A stretch of DNA of 64,000 nt from the NCBI GenBank assembly GCA_002269645.1, contig NIVC01002482.1, positions 62,304 through 126,303 on the forward strand, in the 5' to 3' direction. The translations under genes and the position numbers were made by a program. Source of the stretch: Macrostomum lignano (Eukaryota). Below the pieces are notes generated by a model. The model ran no database searches and was not told the DNA's origin. It saw nothing but the letters and a program-made list of their open reading frames with translations. Numbering within the stretch: position 1 is the first letter of the stretch; the number at the start of each line of letters is the position of its first letter. Shown here one piece after another: positions 34,262-47,336 of the stretch.

Positions 34262-36770
34262 GTCTCGGTTTTGATCTGTTGACTCCCCCCGTGTTTTGTT
34301 ATTACAATCTTGTGCATCACTGACTATCTGCCACTGAAATGTATTTATACTCTACGTTTTGACTTAAATTAAATAAATTCCAATCTGCCCGATGATGCCT
34401 AAAGTTAGGCGAAACATGTCGTTCTAATGAAAATGCTCGCAATCTCCTTTCTTTTACTTCTCATTATCAAGCGTGCTGTTCTACCAGAAGTTGACATTAT
34501 ACACAGGTTTGCTAATTGCTAACAGACAGACCTGGGCTTAGGGCTAGATAAAGTCGAGTCAAATTTTACAATTCTCGACAATGACTGAATCACGTGACCA
34601 CGGGCGAGGGCCCGAGACGATCGATGATACTGATAGCTTTGCCGTGTCTGCATTAGTTAATTGCCGAAAGTGGGTCAGCCAAACAATTATTTAATAATTA
34701 AAGTCCAACGATAGTCCACAGTCCAGTCCAGGCAGGGCCTGGGGGCCGTGGCCTTATCAACAGGCTGACAAAAATGGTCACTTTCACTCACAGCAGGTTT
34801 AGGTTTAAAAAAGTAGCACCATTGTTCCCAAATCCCAACCCAAATTTTCCTCAACGAACAACTGACTTGGCGCCACCGCTCCCCGTGGTGCTTGGTGGCG
34901 CCACTACGTTGGCGCCCCCAAAGATCCTAGGGGATTCCTTCCTAGCTTACAGAGCTTTAACAATCCTTATTCTAATTCCCAAGTCGTCGAACGATTCCCA
35001 CCCAAATAAGTATTATATTAAAAAATCTTTGAAGTTTTTTTGTGAATGTGAATTTCTTAAACGATTTTTAAAAAATTAAGTGTTACGATGAAGCAAATTT
35101 GTGGATATTAAGAATAAAGGAAATGCGAATGCACTTCTTAGCCAAGCTTCAAGGGGGTGGGGTGTGGGGGGAACGCACCCGCCCACCGCTACCGTCGCTT
35201 TATTTCCGATTCCGATGCGAATGGGGGGGGGCAGGCAGGATAGGGCAGGCAAATAAGAGAGTTTGGGGTCGGGTGAGAGACGGGCGGGAGTGAGCGATTT
35301 CGGTGACTCACTAGGCCAGGCCACGGACCAGGGGTTTATAGTTTGTACGCTAAGCAAAACAAGCCCTTCTTTCCCTTCCGAAGCGAATTCACGGCCTGAT
35401 AAGCCAGAGCAGGACAGTTTGAAAAACAAAGACCAAAGGGGAGGGCTGAATAAGCGCGCACAAGCGCGCAAACGCGGCTGTGACACAAGCGCGCAGACAA
35501 TTTTGACGGCAGTCACCTCAACAGATAATTCTGTGACCCATTGTGATTGACATTTAGGACCACAAAAGATGTACATCACCTGACAGACTAGCGCCCCTCT
35601 TTGTCTATCACACTTTCCACCCCTTTTCGCTTGAGCTGCCCTTACTTGAGGGGAGGGGCCAAATCATCAAAATAACCTTAAAACATCCACACCATAAATC
35701 AACCGAGCTCAAGTGGCATTCAGATGCGGGCCTGTGCCAGAAAGGTACATTTGAATGCCCGCTTGTGTCACGTAGAGCAGTTCCAAAATGCGCGCGCTTA
35801 ATCAAGCCCCCCCCCCGGAATTCGTATTGCCATTTGCAGACTGCCTGTCAATAAATGTTAAGAGTGCATTGTCTATCTGATATGCTACGACTGAGTAGCT
35901 TAAATTGGAAAATGTTTTGATGGGAAATTTCTAAATGGTATACATTACTAGGAGCCAGCATTTTGCAGTACTTCATTTAATGACATTTTTATCAATTAAT
36001 TATGTACAAGTAGAGAAAAAAATCATAAGAATAAAGAATTAGATTCAAATCGAGGCTTTAGCTATTTTTGAAAATTTCACAAGTTCAATAATTCCATATG
36101 CCATACTGTCTACTTACGTAAGTAGAAAAGCATGTATTTAACTGTATTTTAAAACATCTGCCGTAATTTTGCAAAATTTTTACAAGTTCCCCTCGCTTTG
36201 TGTGAATGCGATGTAGAAAAACAAAAAACGTTTCATTATAAATGGAAAATAAGTTCAGGAAAATATTTGTTTGTTGGATTAAAAAACTACGAAGCACTAA
36301 AGTCAAAAGCTTCCAACCACAACAGGTAACACAGTGGACGGAATGGAAGTACTTAAGAAAAAATTAAGACAATTACACTGTCGCTACAAAATGTCTGAAT
36401 AATCAATAAAATGGAATGCATTTAATACTTATGCAACAATGGTTATTTGTTACAGATCTGGAATTAAAAAACTTGCGTAGCTTGCAACTCAATATCAAAT
36501 AGAGTATGCCAAGCTAAATAAAAAGCTTACAAAATTACTTCACTTCCATCCGTACCGATCGTTTAATATTCGATTATAAACCAATAAAAGCATAGGAAGA
36601 CACAAACAACACAAAATTCGGGGAAACACAAAACAGTATACCTAATTAATATATGTATTGATGATTACTTTTTCACTGAAATACGACAGAAAGTCAAACT
36701 TTAAAACCCCTTGTAAACAGGATTTCTAAGGGTCACTACAAAAGGACCGGAGTAATTACAGTGCTACCGG

Positions 36771-37500
36771 AGTCATCAAAGTGGTACCAGAGTCATCAAA
36801 GTGGTACCAGAGTCACTTAAGTGGTACCAGAGTCACTTAAGTGGTATTGAAGTCACTACAGTGCTACCGGAGTCATCAAAGTGGTACCAGAGTCACTTAA
36901 GTGGTATTGAAGTCACTACAGTGCTACCGGAGTCATCAAAGTGGTACCAGAGTCACTTAAGTGGTACCAGAGTCACTTAAGTGGTATTGAAGTCACTACA
37001 GTGCTACCGGAGTCATCAAAGTGGTACCAGAGTCACTTAAGTGGTACCAGAGTCACTTAAGTGGTATTGAAGTCACTACAGTGCTACCGGAGTCATCAAA
37101 GTGGTACCAGAGTCACTTAAGTGGTACCAGAGTCACTTAAGTGGTATTGAAGTCACTACAGTGCTACCGGAGTCATCAAAGTGGTACCAGAGTCACTTAA
37201 GTGGTACCAGAGTCACTTAAGTGGTATTGAAGTCACTACAGTGCTACCGGAGTCATCAAAGTGGTACCAGAGTCACTTAAGTGGTACCAGAGTCACTTAA
37301 GTGGCACCAGAGTCACTTAAGTGGCACCAGAGTCACTTAAGTGGTACCAGAGTCACTTAAGTGGTACCAGAGTCACTTAAGTGGTACCAGAGTCACTTAA
37401 GTGGTACCAGAGTCACTTAAGTGGTATTGAAGTCACTACAGTGCTACCAGAGTCACTACAGCAGTACCGCAGTCACTACAGAGCTACTAGGGTGACTAAA
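36771..37500. repeat. 20-bp minisatellite with an 80-bp higher-order repeat
   Basis: Variant units GTGGTATTGAAGTCACTACA / GTGCTACCGGAGTCATCAAA / (GTGGTACCAGAGTCACTTAA)x2 recur as a block about 5 times. Confidence 0.93.
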
Positions 37501-37845
37501 GTGGTACGAAGTGATTACAGTACTGCTAAATTTCTGAAAAGTCACTAGAGAGCCGTTCTTTCTACTCCAGGAATCCAAAATTTCTGTTATTATTGAGTAG
37601 TCTCATCTGGCATCCTATATACAAAAACGCTTAAGTTTCCCGGTCTTGGCAGCACGTATATATGCAACCCTAGAACAGCAGGTGCCAGATTTTAAGAAAA
37701 ATGTTTTGGAGATCTACTTCCAAGTAAAACTGGAAATTATATCTGACGTAAAAAAGCTCGACACTTCGAGCTTCGATTAATATGATTATGAAGTAAAAAT
37801 AAGCAAAAGTTTCGAGTGAATAAGAAAATCTTTTCTCTAACGGAG

Positions 37846-39924
37846 TTAATCATGGTTCGCCGCTCTGCGCTTGTTACGCTTACTCGACTTTTTGGATTTT
37901 CCGCCACTCTGCTTGAACACCTGATGATCCAACTGCTCGCTATATGACAGGTACACCGACTCCAGCGGCAGCTCTGCAAACTTATCTTCCATCTCCTTCT
38001 TCTCTTTCTCCTCGGCTTCGGCGGCCCGCTTGCGCATGTTGTTGCCTGAGTAGGCTATACCCTTCAGCTGCCACTCGCCTGTGGATTCGTTCCAAATAAT
38101 GTTCCGCTCAATGAGCTCCTGATACTCCCGAGGAATGCATTGGTCAATGATCAGCAACTGCTGGCGCAGATCTTTGCTTAGTTGGCGCACATTTTCCAGC
38201 AGGCCTTCCATCTCGCGTTGGTGAACCTCGTTGATTTCTACAAGCTCATCCTTCGTCTTTGTGTAAAGTTCCCAAACCTTTTTCAGCTTACGCGTCTTTC
38301 CTTCTTCCTCTTCGCCAAGACTGCGATAGCGATCCTCAATCTCAACTTTGGCCTGCTCTTTCTCTTTCAGCTGAGCGCGGAGTCGCTCCTCTTCCTTCTT
38401 GCGCTGTTGCAGCTCCAGATTTGTCTTTTCAAGTAGCTTCTCCTGCGCCTCAGATTTCTCCAGCAAGTTTTCACCGCCAACAATAAGCCGACCCATGAGG
38501 TTCTCCATCTTACGCTGCAGTGCAAGGCGATCCTTCATGTGCTCGTCCAGCTCCTGTTGCTTCGCTTGAAGTCTTTTAAGAGCGTCATTCTTTTCTTTTT
38601 CTGACAAGCGAGAGTCGCTTTCGAGTTTCTTCAAATCAGACTGAAGATTAATCTCAATTTTTTTTATCTCTTCGTCAGACAAGCCACGGAATTGATTGCG
38701 CTTTTTCCTCTCCTTGCCTTCTCCAACGACAACGTCTTCATCATCCTCGTCATCTTCATCATCTTCGTCTCCCTCTGGAATGCCGCCACCATCCTCCAAC
38801 TGCTTCTTCAGATCCTCAATCTCCTTCTGGAACTGTCTCAGCATTGCGTCTTTCGGATCCTCATTGATCTTAGCATTGTTCTTGATGTTCTTTGCCCGAT
38901 TTGCGTATCGTAACGTGCTCATAGTTTCGTCAAAGTTGTAGTCAGCTGGACCAAAGTTGGCGCACATTACGGTCTTGCTGTTGCCTCCAAGTGAGTCCTG
39001 AAGAAGGCGAGTGAGCTTGCTGTTGCGGTATGGAATGTGGGTACTCTTTCCATCGACAAGTGCAGAAATCACGTTGCCAAGGGTACTCAGCGACAAGTTG
39101 ATCTTTGTGGCTTCCTTCAGTCTCACACCAGTGGCTCCGGTCTTTGCCTGACGCTCGCTGCCAGCCAAGTCTACAAGATGCAGCTTGCCTTGTCGGAGCA
39201 TCGTTTTACCAGTCACTGCTTTTTCGGAACATTCCACCGTCACAGTGTAAATTGCATGAGAACGTGAGCTATGCTCGTTCATGTTCGTGGCTCCTACAAC
39301 ACGATTCTTGTTTCCGACGGTCATCAGCTTGTCCATTTCGTCCGGACTGTGACACACAAAGCTGCACAGATCCTTCACGTACACTCCCACATCGGGCCGC
39401 TCTTTCACATCTAGTTTGGCTGTCTGATCCTTGCCCAGCAGGTCGCGCACCTCCTCGTTGTAGATCTCCAGATACGAGACCCGCACAAGAAAGGTCACAT
39501 TGGCTGTCGCCTTGCTGATGGCGCCGAAGATGTGAGCAAACGAGTTCGGGATGATGCCACGGAGCTCAGGTACGGTCCTGACGCCTTCCATCGTGAAAGT
39601 CTTGCCCGTTCCGGTCTGGCCATACGCGAATATCGTGCCATTGTAGCCTTCCAGAACGAAATCGACAATTCGTCTGGCCACTTTGTTATAAATGTCCACC
39701 TGCTTGCTCTGCATGCCGAACACGTGATCGAATGTAAATGTCTTAGGCTCTCCCGCGTGACTGGCCATCCCTTCTTGGCGAACAACATTTGGCTCCGTGA
39801 TTTCAACTGTTCCTCTGAGCTCGTCAATCTTCACAGTCACCTTGTTGCCTTCGGTGATCTCTTTTTGACTGAGTGGCCGGCACCTCACCACCACCTTGAC
39901 GTTGTCTTCCTTTTCTTCCGACAT
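37846..39924 (-). CDS. KIF3A: Kinesin-2 motor subunit KIF3A-like, copy A (692 aa, intronless CDS)
   Basis: GQTGTGKT P-loop, MNEHSSRSH switch I, DLAGSE switch II, KIF3A-type tail [18 protein letters not shown]. Confidence 0.9.
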   Translation of the reverse strand: MSEEKEDNVKVVVRCRPLSQKEITEGNKVTVKIDELRGTVEITEPNVVRQEGMASHAGEPKTFTFDHVFGMQSKQVDIYNKVARRIVDFVLEGYNGTIFAYGQTGTGKTFTMEGVRTVPELRGIIPNSFAHIFGAISKATANVTFLVRVSYLEIYNEEVRDLLGKDQTAKLDVKERPDVGVYVKDLCSFVCHSPDEMDKLMTVGNKNRVVGATNMNEHSSRSHAIYTVTVECSEKAVTGKTMLRQGKLHLVDLAGSERQAKTGATGVRLKEATKINLSLSTLGNVISALVDGKSTHIPYRNSKLTRLLQDSLGGNSKTVMCANFGPADYNFDETMSTLRYANRAKNIKNNAKINEDPKDAMLRQFQKEIEDLKKQLEDGGGIPEGDEDDEDDEDDEDVVVGEGKERKKRNQFRGLSDEEIKKIEINLQSDLKKLESDSRLSEKEKNDALKRLQAKQQELDEHMKDRLALQRKMENLMGRLIVGGENLLEKSEAQEKLLEKTNLELQQRKKEEERLRAQLKEKEQAKVEIEDRYRSLGEEEEGKTRKLKKVWELYTKTKDELVEINEVHQREMEGLLENVRQLSKDLRQQLLIIDQCIPREYQELIERNIIWNESTGEWQLKGIAYSGNNMRKRAAEAEEKEKKEMEDKFAELPLESVYLSYSEQLDHQVFKQSGGKSKKSSKRNKRRAANHD

Positions 39925-40834
39925 TGCTGGAAAGAGAAAAGGCGTTCTTATAGTAAAATATGGCTGCTACTTTAATAGTTGTTTAGGAGAAACTCTAAAT
40001 GCAAATTGTTTGAAAGTTCTAATGCTAATAGCCTAATACACAGAATAACCTATTTTTACATTGTTTACAAATTTAGCCAAACGGAAATCGAAAATTATAC
40101 ATAGAGAAGATTATTAACTTATTGATTTGAATTTATTTGCAAGTAAATTTTCTTACTACAATATAAACTCATGAATTGTATACTAGTAATATTAAAAAGT
40201 ATCTGTTGTAAAAGAGTTTGTCATCTTCAAAGTTCACAAATGCATTAAAAATATGAGATAGTTCGATTAGGCCTCACTAGATAGGCTGGATAAAAAGCAG
40301 AAAGCACATTTGCGGAACAATCAAATACGGAATCAGTAAAGGTTTTCAAGCACTTCTTAAGGCGCAGTTTCAAATCCTTGTGATGTTCTGAAGGCCAATC
40401 AGTACAAATAGCATAGTATTGTACTTAATTGCCTGAAAGCTAGAAAGTATAGCCAAGTAATTCTACATGTATCGCTTAATTGCGATAATCTCAAAAGCAA
40501 AATAGGTATTAAAATGGTTATTTTGCTGGCTTTAAATCCAAAGTTGAACACAGTAGCGTAAGATTTGTAAACAATCGTACTTATACACATATAAAGTATC
40601 GTGGCAGAGAAAAACAGAGAATACCAGAGTGAGTTGGAGATACGAAGCTTCCTCAAAAGTATATTAGTTTTACAAATCGAGTGAACAATTTACCTATGAT
40701 GTATTTTTTTTAAAAACGGACAAAAACGAACTACAATAAAGTGAAAATAACGCTTCAAAACAAAACGCTTGTGCGTTGATCAGTATTTCTATATCGAAAC
40801 CGCCGCGATTTTACCCAGGATAAATACAACTGAA

Positions 40835-42267
40835 TCACGGATTTAAAAACAGCACTGCCTGGCTGATTGCAGCTGGAATGGCACACAATCTCCAATGGAG
40901 ACAGTCTGAGCTTCTCCAAACCAACTGATGGTGAAACTGGTCAAGCTCCCGTTCAGGTATGTTTGGATCGTGTTCTGGTCGGAGACGGCCAGCGAAGTGA
41001 CGCTCAATTTCCAGCATCTGCTCATTAGAGAGGCTCTTAAACGCATGCTGCTTACAAACAGAACGCCCGTGTCTGTCTTCTTTACTCGTAGCAGCAGCGT
41101 CTGTAACATCGCAGTTCGTGCCTGAAATTCTGTCGCAACACTCCAGTTGACTTTTTAACTGTTCAATCTCCTTTTGGAACTGCCTCAGCATCGCGTGTTT
41201 TGGATCCTCGTTAATCTTGGCATTATTAGTGACTCTCTTTGCTCTACAGGCCAATCTTAACGTACTTATAGTCTCCTTATAGTTACAGTCAACTGGACTG
41301 AAGTTGGCGCACATCAATGTCTTGCTGTTACCACCTAGTGAATCCTTAAGTATACGAGTGAGCTTGCTGTCGCGGTAGGGGATGTGGACACTTTTCCCAT
41401 CAACGAGTGCTGATATCACTTTGCCAAAAGGACTCATAGACATGCCTATCTTAGAGGCCTCCTTCAGCCGCACGCCAGTGACTCCAGCGTTTGACTGACG
41501 CTCGCTACCAGCAAAAACTACAAGATGCAGTTTGCCTTGAAGCACCACTATTTTACCATTTTGGCCTTGCTCTAAACACTCGATTGTTACTGTTAACACC
41601 CTGTTGGATCTAGAGCTTAGCCTGCCCATGCGTGTCGCATGAAACATTCGATTCCTTGCGCCATCGATTAAAAGTTGGTTTATTTCGTCCGGACTGTGAC
41701 ACACAAAGCTGCACAGATCCTTCACGTACACTCCCACATCGGGCCGCTCTTTCACTTCTAGTTTGGCTGTCTGATCCTTGCCCAGCAGGTCGCGCACCTC
41801 CTCGTTGTAGATCTCCAGATACGAGACCCGCACAAGAAAGGTCACATTGGCCGTCGCCTTGCTGATGGCGCCGAAGATGTGAGCAAACGAGTTCGGGATG
41901 ATGCCACGAAGCTCAGGTACGGTCCTGACGCCTTCCATCGTGAAAGTCTTGCCCGTTCCGGTCTGGCCATACGCGAATATCGTGCCATTGTAGCCTTCCA
42001 AACGAAATCGACAATTCGTCTGGCCACTTTGTTATAAATGTCCACCTGCTTGCTCTGCATGCCGAACACGTGATCGAATGTAAATGTCTTAGGCTCTCCC
42101 GCGTGACTGGCCATTCCTTCTTGGCGAACAACATTTGGCTCCGTGATTTCAACTGTTCCTCTGAGCTCGTCAATTTTCACAGTCACCTTGTTGCCTTCGG
42201 TGATCTCTTTTTGACTGAGTGGCCGGCACCTCACCGCCACAATAAAATTATTTTCTTCTTCCGACAT
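40835..42267 (-). pseudogene. KIF3A-like copy B: frameshifted, diverged and truncated
   Basis: 1-nt deletion at ~42001 relative to copy A (GTTCTGGAA to GTTTGGAA). Switch [10 protein letters not shown], switch II VFAGSE; stalk ends after ~90 aa. Confidence 0.75.
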
Positions 42268-43280
42268 TGGAAGCTTCTTGCAGAAGTAAAGGAAATTTTT
42301 AAAATAATTAAGGTTAACGAGATCAACCTACTTATTCCAAACGCCAATATTATGGTTTCCTAGAAAAAATGAAGTCTCGGAAACCCTAGCTCAGGGTTTC
42401 TAATGAACAACTATTCTAGAACTACTTTCACGGAGCATCAATTGGACTCGTCTCTAGACAGTCTAAGGCTAAAGCAAAGAGTTAAGAAAATTGTTAGCTT
42501 TTGACCCATGACTTAAAATACGTGCGTAGTAGCTAGTGACATACTTAAGTATATGTGCGTATTACAATTTGAACACTGAAAGTAAAAAAGTTAAACAAAT
42601 TTAAAGTAAAGCTGTAGCATTAGCTAAAGTTCGAAGTAGTATTGTACACATACATTTAAAATAAATAAAGACGTTGTGACTTTAGGGATCATTTTTTAGC
42701 CTACAGTATATATATTTAAATAAAAACAATAAGACATAAGAAAACAGGTGCTAGGCAATTAAAGTTGTCAGAGATTCTCAGAGACTACTGAAGAGATATT
42801 TAGGGTAACTGTGAAAACATACTAAAGTCAAATATTGCAATGATTAGAGATAATATTATAAACATCATAAGATTTGTGAGAAAAACCAAAAATTGCACGT
42901 CTGTATAACCATACTAAGTTGAATATAAAAAATAGAACGAATCTGTGACATAAAAGACGCAAACCGACATTGAGAAAGGCAGTAGAGTTCAAGTAATTGC
43001 CTAGTGAACAAAAGCAGTCAGAAACATGCATGACACTGCATACATAATAAAACAGGTAAAACAGTGACTAGAGTAACAAGATTACTAAGTAGTGACCTAA
43101 AGAAACATTGATTACTGATAAATTTACCTGGGATACTTTTTTCTTTAAAAAAACAATTGCTTCATTAGAAACTGAGATTGTTAGGACACTCGTGTCAATA
43201 GAACGATAGACAAATAAAGACTTGTTGATGTCCAAAACAGCAAATTAACTGTTACTAAACATGCAGAAAAGGCCACAATT

Positions 43281-45350
43281 TTATGCAGCAGATTTCTTTT
43301 TCCTACCGGCACTTTTAGCCGACTTTTTGCCTTTGGCGGACCGAGCGCTTGGCTTGAACACGGCACTGTCCAGCCGCTCACTATAGCGCAAGTACACCGT
43401 CTCCAGCGGCGGCTCCGCAAACTTCTCCTCCAACTCTTTCTTCTCTTTCTCCTCCGCTTCAGCGGCTCGCTTGCGCATGTTATTGCCTGAGTAGGCCACA
43501 CCCTTGAGTTGCCACTCGCCGATGGCATCATTGTATACAACGTTGCTCTCGATGAGTTCCTGATATTCGCGCGGGATGCATTGGTCAATAGCGAGCATCT
43601 GCAGGCGCAGATCTCTGCTCAGTTGTCGCACGTTTTCTAGCAAGCCTTCCATCTCGCGCTGGTGCTCTTCTTGCACGTCGGCTAGCTCAGACTTTGCTTC
43701 CATGTACACCTGCCAAAGACGCTTTAGCTTCCGCGTCTTAGCAGTGGCTTCTTCGTCCAGACTGCGGTAGCGATCTTCAATCTCGACCTTTGCTTGCTCC
43801 TTCTCTTTTAACTGCGTTCGAAGTCGCTCTTCCTCCCGGCGCCTAGCCTCCAACTCTTTTGCATTCTGTTCAAGAAGCCGCTCCTGTTCAGTCGCCTTCT
43901 CCAACAGGTTCTCGCCACCAACGATAAGACGCTTCTCCAGGTCCGACAGCTTCTGTTCAAGTGCCCGCTGCTCTTGACGGTGACGCGTGAGCTCGCGCTC
44001 CTGCGATTCCAGCTGCTGGCGAACGCGGTCGCGCTCCTCTTCAGCCATGTTTTGATCTTTTTCTAATCGACGGCGATCTGCGGCAATGCGCTGCTCGATT
44101 TCCTGCATCTGGTCTTTAGAAAGGCTTTTAAGGGCGCGCCGCTTGCGAACTCGACGTTCTTGCCCGTCTTCGCCAACAACGACGTCCTCATCATCCTCGT
44201 CATCTTCATCATCTTCGTCTCCCTCTGGAATGCCGCCACCATCCTCCAACTGCTTCTTCAGATCCTCAATCTCCTTCTGGAACTGTCTCAGCATTGCATC
44301 TTTAGGATCCTCATTGATCTTAGCATTGTTCTTGATGTTCTTCGCCCGATTTGCGTATCTCAAAGTACTGATTGTTTCATCAAAATTGTAGTCAGCTGGA
44401 CCAAAGTTGGCGCACATTACGGTCTTGCTGTTGCCTCCAAGTGAGTCCTGAAGAAGGCGAGTGAGCTTGCTGTTACGGTATGGAATGTGGGTACTCTTTC
44501 CATCGACAAGTGCAGAAATCACGTTGCCAAGGGTACTCAGCGACAAGTTGATCTTTGTGGCTTCCTTCAGCCTCACACCAGTGGCTCCGGTCTTTGCCTG
44601 ACGCTCGCTGCCAGCCAAGTCTACAAGATGCAGCTTGCCTTGTCGGAGCATCGTTTTACCAGTCACTGCTTTTTCGGAACATTCCACCGTCACAGTGTAA
44701 ATTGCATGAGAACGTGAGCTATGCTCGTTCATGTTCGTGGCTCCTACAACACGGTTCTTGTTTCCGACGGTCATCAGCTTGTCCATTTCGTCCGGACTGT
44801 GACACACAAAGCTGCACAGATCCTTCACGTACACTCCCACATCGGGCCGCTCCTTCACTTCTAGTCTGGCTGTCTGATCCTTGCCCAGCAGGTCGCGCAC
44901 TTCCTCGTTGTAGATCTCCAGATACGAGACCCGCACAAGAAAGGTCACATTGGCTGTCGCCTTGCTGATTGCGCCGAAGATGTGAGCAAACGAGTTCGGG
45001 ATGATGCCACGGAGCTCAGGTACGGTCCTGACGCCTTCCATCGTGAAAGTCTTGCCCGTTCCGGTCTGGCCATACGCGAATATCGTGCCATTGTAGCCTT
45101 CAATGACACAATCAACAATGGGCCTGGCCACTTTGTTATAAATGTCCACCTGTTTGCAGGTCATGCCGAAAACGATGTCAAAAGTGAATGTTTTCGGTGG
45201 CTCACTAGGCGGCCCGGCCGGGTTGGTGATCTCAATTGAGCCGCGCAGCTCATCAACTTTCACAATCACCTTGTTGCCGGCGTCCTTCTCCTTCTGATTG
45301 ATGGGGCGACAGCGCACCACCACGCGTACATTGTCGCCGGCATCGGCCAT
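43281..45350 (-). CDS. KIF3A: Kinesin-2 motor subunit KIF3A-like, copy C (689 aa, intronless CDS)
   Basis: All motor motifs intact; [10 protein letters not shown] stalk motif and [18 protein letters not shown] tail. Confidence 0.92.
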   Translation of the reverse strand: MADAGDNVRVVVRCRPINQKEKDAGNKVIVKVDELRGSIEITNPAGPPSEPPKTFTFDIVFGMTCKQVDIYNKVARPIVDCVIEGYNGTIFAYGQTGTGKTFTMEGVRTVPELRGIIPNSFAHIFGAISKATANVTFLVRVSYLEIYNEEVRDLLGKDQTARLEVKERPDVGVYVKDLCSFVCHSPDEMDKLMTVGNKNRVVGATNMNEHSSRSHAIYTVTVECSEKAVTGKTMLRQGKLHLVDLAGSERQAKTGATGVRLKEATKINLSLSTLGNVISALVDGKSTHIPYRNSKLTRLLQDSLGGNSKTVMCANFGPADYNFDETISTLRYANRAKNIKNNAKINEDPKDAMLRQFQKEIEDLKKQLEDGGGIPEGDEDDEDDEDDEDVVVGEDGQERRVRKRRALKSLSKDQMQEIEQRIAADRRRLEKDQNMAEEERDRVRQQLESQERELTRHRQEQRALEQKLSDLEKRLIVGGENLLEKATEQERLLEQNAKELEARRREEERLRTQLKEKEQAKVEIEDRYRSLDEEATAKTRKLKRLWQVYMEAKSELADVQEEHQREMEGLLENVRQLSRDLRLQMLAIDQCIPREYQELIESNVVYNDAIGEWQLKGVAYSGNNMRKRAAEAEEKEKKELEEKFAEPPLETVYLRYSERLDSAVFKPSARSAKGKKSAKSAGRKKKSAA

Positions 45351-45919
45351 CAGAGACTACTTTCTGGAAAGCGGAAGAATAGTGAAATATTTTAATACGG
45401 CGTAAAAGCAACAGAGCAGAAAATCAAGCTACGATTTATCTTCATTAAAACGGAGGAGTGGAAGTATATGCATGAAGTACCATAGTAAAATCAACTAAGT
45501 TCTCCTAACTTTGTTTGAAAACGTCTTTTAAAAGCAAACTGAAGGTGGAGATGGATGCGGTAATGATTTTGATTTTAAGGCCTAGATTAGGCATGCCTAC
45601 AATACAAGAGTACATACAGTCTGCCTTTTGAAAACTTTGCACGAGCGTAACTGTCCACAATGTGTAGAATTACAACAGTTTATTTAATTTTTTTCAATTA
45701 TACGCTTTATAGGCAAACGTGAGCATTTTATAAACCTAATGAGGCATGAAAACTGGTTATATTCTTACTATAATCAACCATTCGAATTTTAAATGCAATG
45801 CGTCATATTGAAGGAGTTCCCAAGGCATCATTCGCGACATTTCTGCTGCTCACAGGCTTCTTTGTGTTGAATATCCCTGTGTAATCCAAAGTTCCCACCG
45901 CCCACACTAAAGTCAATAA

Positions 45920-46657
45920 TTATTCCCGAGAGTTCATCAAGCTGACAAGAGACGCATCCAGATCGCCAGGATCGACCGTCCGCCACTCCGGCGCCAGCTG
46001 TGGCAGGCGCTCGGTCCGCCTGTGAATCTCCGGCCACAGCAGGTCGAACATTCGCTCAGCCCCGGCCGGGCCAAAGTGCAGCCCGTCGCAGAACAGCCCC
46101 CGCCAATCGCCGTCCAGCCCGTGCTCCAGAAAGCCGTCGTAGGTGTTGCAGAAAGTGGCGCCAGCAGCCTCGGCTGCCCGCCTGCAAGCGTCTCGATAAG
46201 GCGGCACGTCTTCCAGCGTCTTGGTGCCGGGCGTGCCGAACCGCTCCTGGCAGCAGCGGTCCCACGCGTCGCCGTCAACTGGCGGCGGGGAGCAGAAAAT
46301 CAACGCATCGCGGCTGAGCCCGGCTGGCCCAGTCAGGTAGTCAGCGAGGCGGACGAGCTCGGCCTCGTAGTCGGCGGTCGGCAGGTGCTGGGTGGTGCTG
46401 CCGGCACGGTTCGAGTCGTTAGCGCCCAGGAAGATGACAAAAGCAGCAACTGCAGTCTTCAGACTGTCGGCTGGGAACAGATCTGGCGCGATCAGCCTGC
46501 ACCAGCGACTGTTGTAGCCCGAGAAGCCACGGTTGACGATGTCGCAGCGGCGGGCCAGGGAGTCAGCTATGCGAGCAACCCAGCCAGAGGTGCTGGACCA
46601 GCCAAACTGGGTCAGTGAGTCACCAAGAAGGATCACACGAGGCAAAATGTGGGACGC
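45920..46657 (-). CDS. IAH1: IAH1-like SGNH/GDSL esterase (no in-frame ATG near the N-terminus; begins at a splice acceptor)
   Basis: LLGDSLTQF, NRGFSGYNSRW, IFLGANDS, DGLHF motifs. Acceptor TTCTGCAG|GCG at 46658/46657, in phase 0. Confidence 0.85.
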   Translation of the reverse strand, partial: ASHILPRVILLGDSLTQFGWSSTSGWVARIADSLARRCDIVNRGFSGYNSRWCRLIAPDLFPADSLKTAVAAFVIFLGANDSNRAGSTTQHLPTADYEAELVRLADYLTGPAGLSRDALIFCSPPPVDGDAWDRCCQERFGTPGTKTLEDVPPYRDACRRAAEAAGATFCNTYDGFLEHGLDGDWRGLFCDGLHFGPAGAERMFDLLWPEIHRRTERLPQLAPEWRTVDPGDLDASLVSLMNSRE

Positions 46658-47336
46658 CTGCAGAAGTTCATATTTTGATTGCCAATGTCAATAATTCTAT
46701 TGGAAAGAAAACAAAAGGGAAAAATTAACAAGCAATGGTTTAAATTGTTTTATCCACCTAGCCATTTATAGATTATATTAGCAATGCTTTCTTATATAAG
46801 TTTCTATTAGACAAAACAAAGAATCCTCTAGTAAAAACAAGAATTTTAAAGATGTGCATATATTAGAAGAAGGACAGGATCTGAGCAAAAATTGGAATCC
46901 CAATCTTGCCAAAAAATTAATCCTATTCAACCTTTAGCCTATATATAGTAGGATATTTAGGTATAGCAGCTTGTAAGTAAGCATAAAAGTATAAAAAAGA
47001 AAACCAATAAAGTTTGCTTTAATAGTTAAATCCATCAGCAATATAGCTCATATTTTGGTTTGTCAAGGGCCATCTTCTGGGTCTTAGGGTCTAAGATATA
47101 TTTTTCATGCATATATCAGATTATATAAGAAAACATTTCTATGAATATAGTCCAAAGGGCAAATCAAAGTGCTGATTGTCCAAAGAGAGTATATTATAGA
47201 TAGTTCATTTAGACAAGCATGTTGCAAATGTTTTTGCCTATACTTAGAATACCTTGAGTAAAAGACCCAGACCACTGTGAATAAACTAAATATAAAGACT
47301 TGGTTTCTAGTTTTTGATATAGATTGATTCCAGTAT

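Noticed and set aside
36771-37500. Regular repeats superficially like CRISPR arrays (also 14935-15515)
   Set aside because: No unique spacers, no cas genes and a eukaryotic context.
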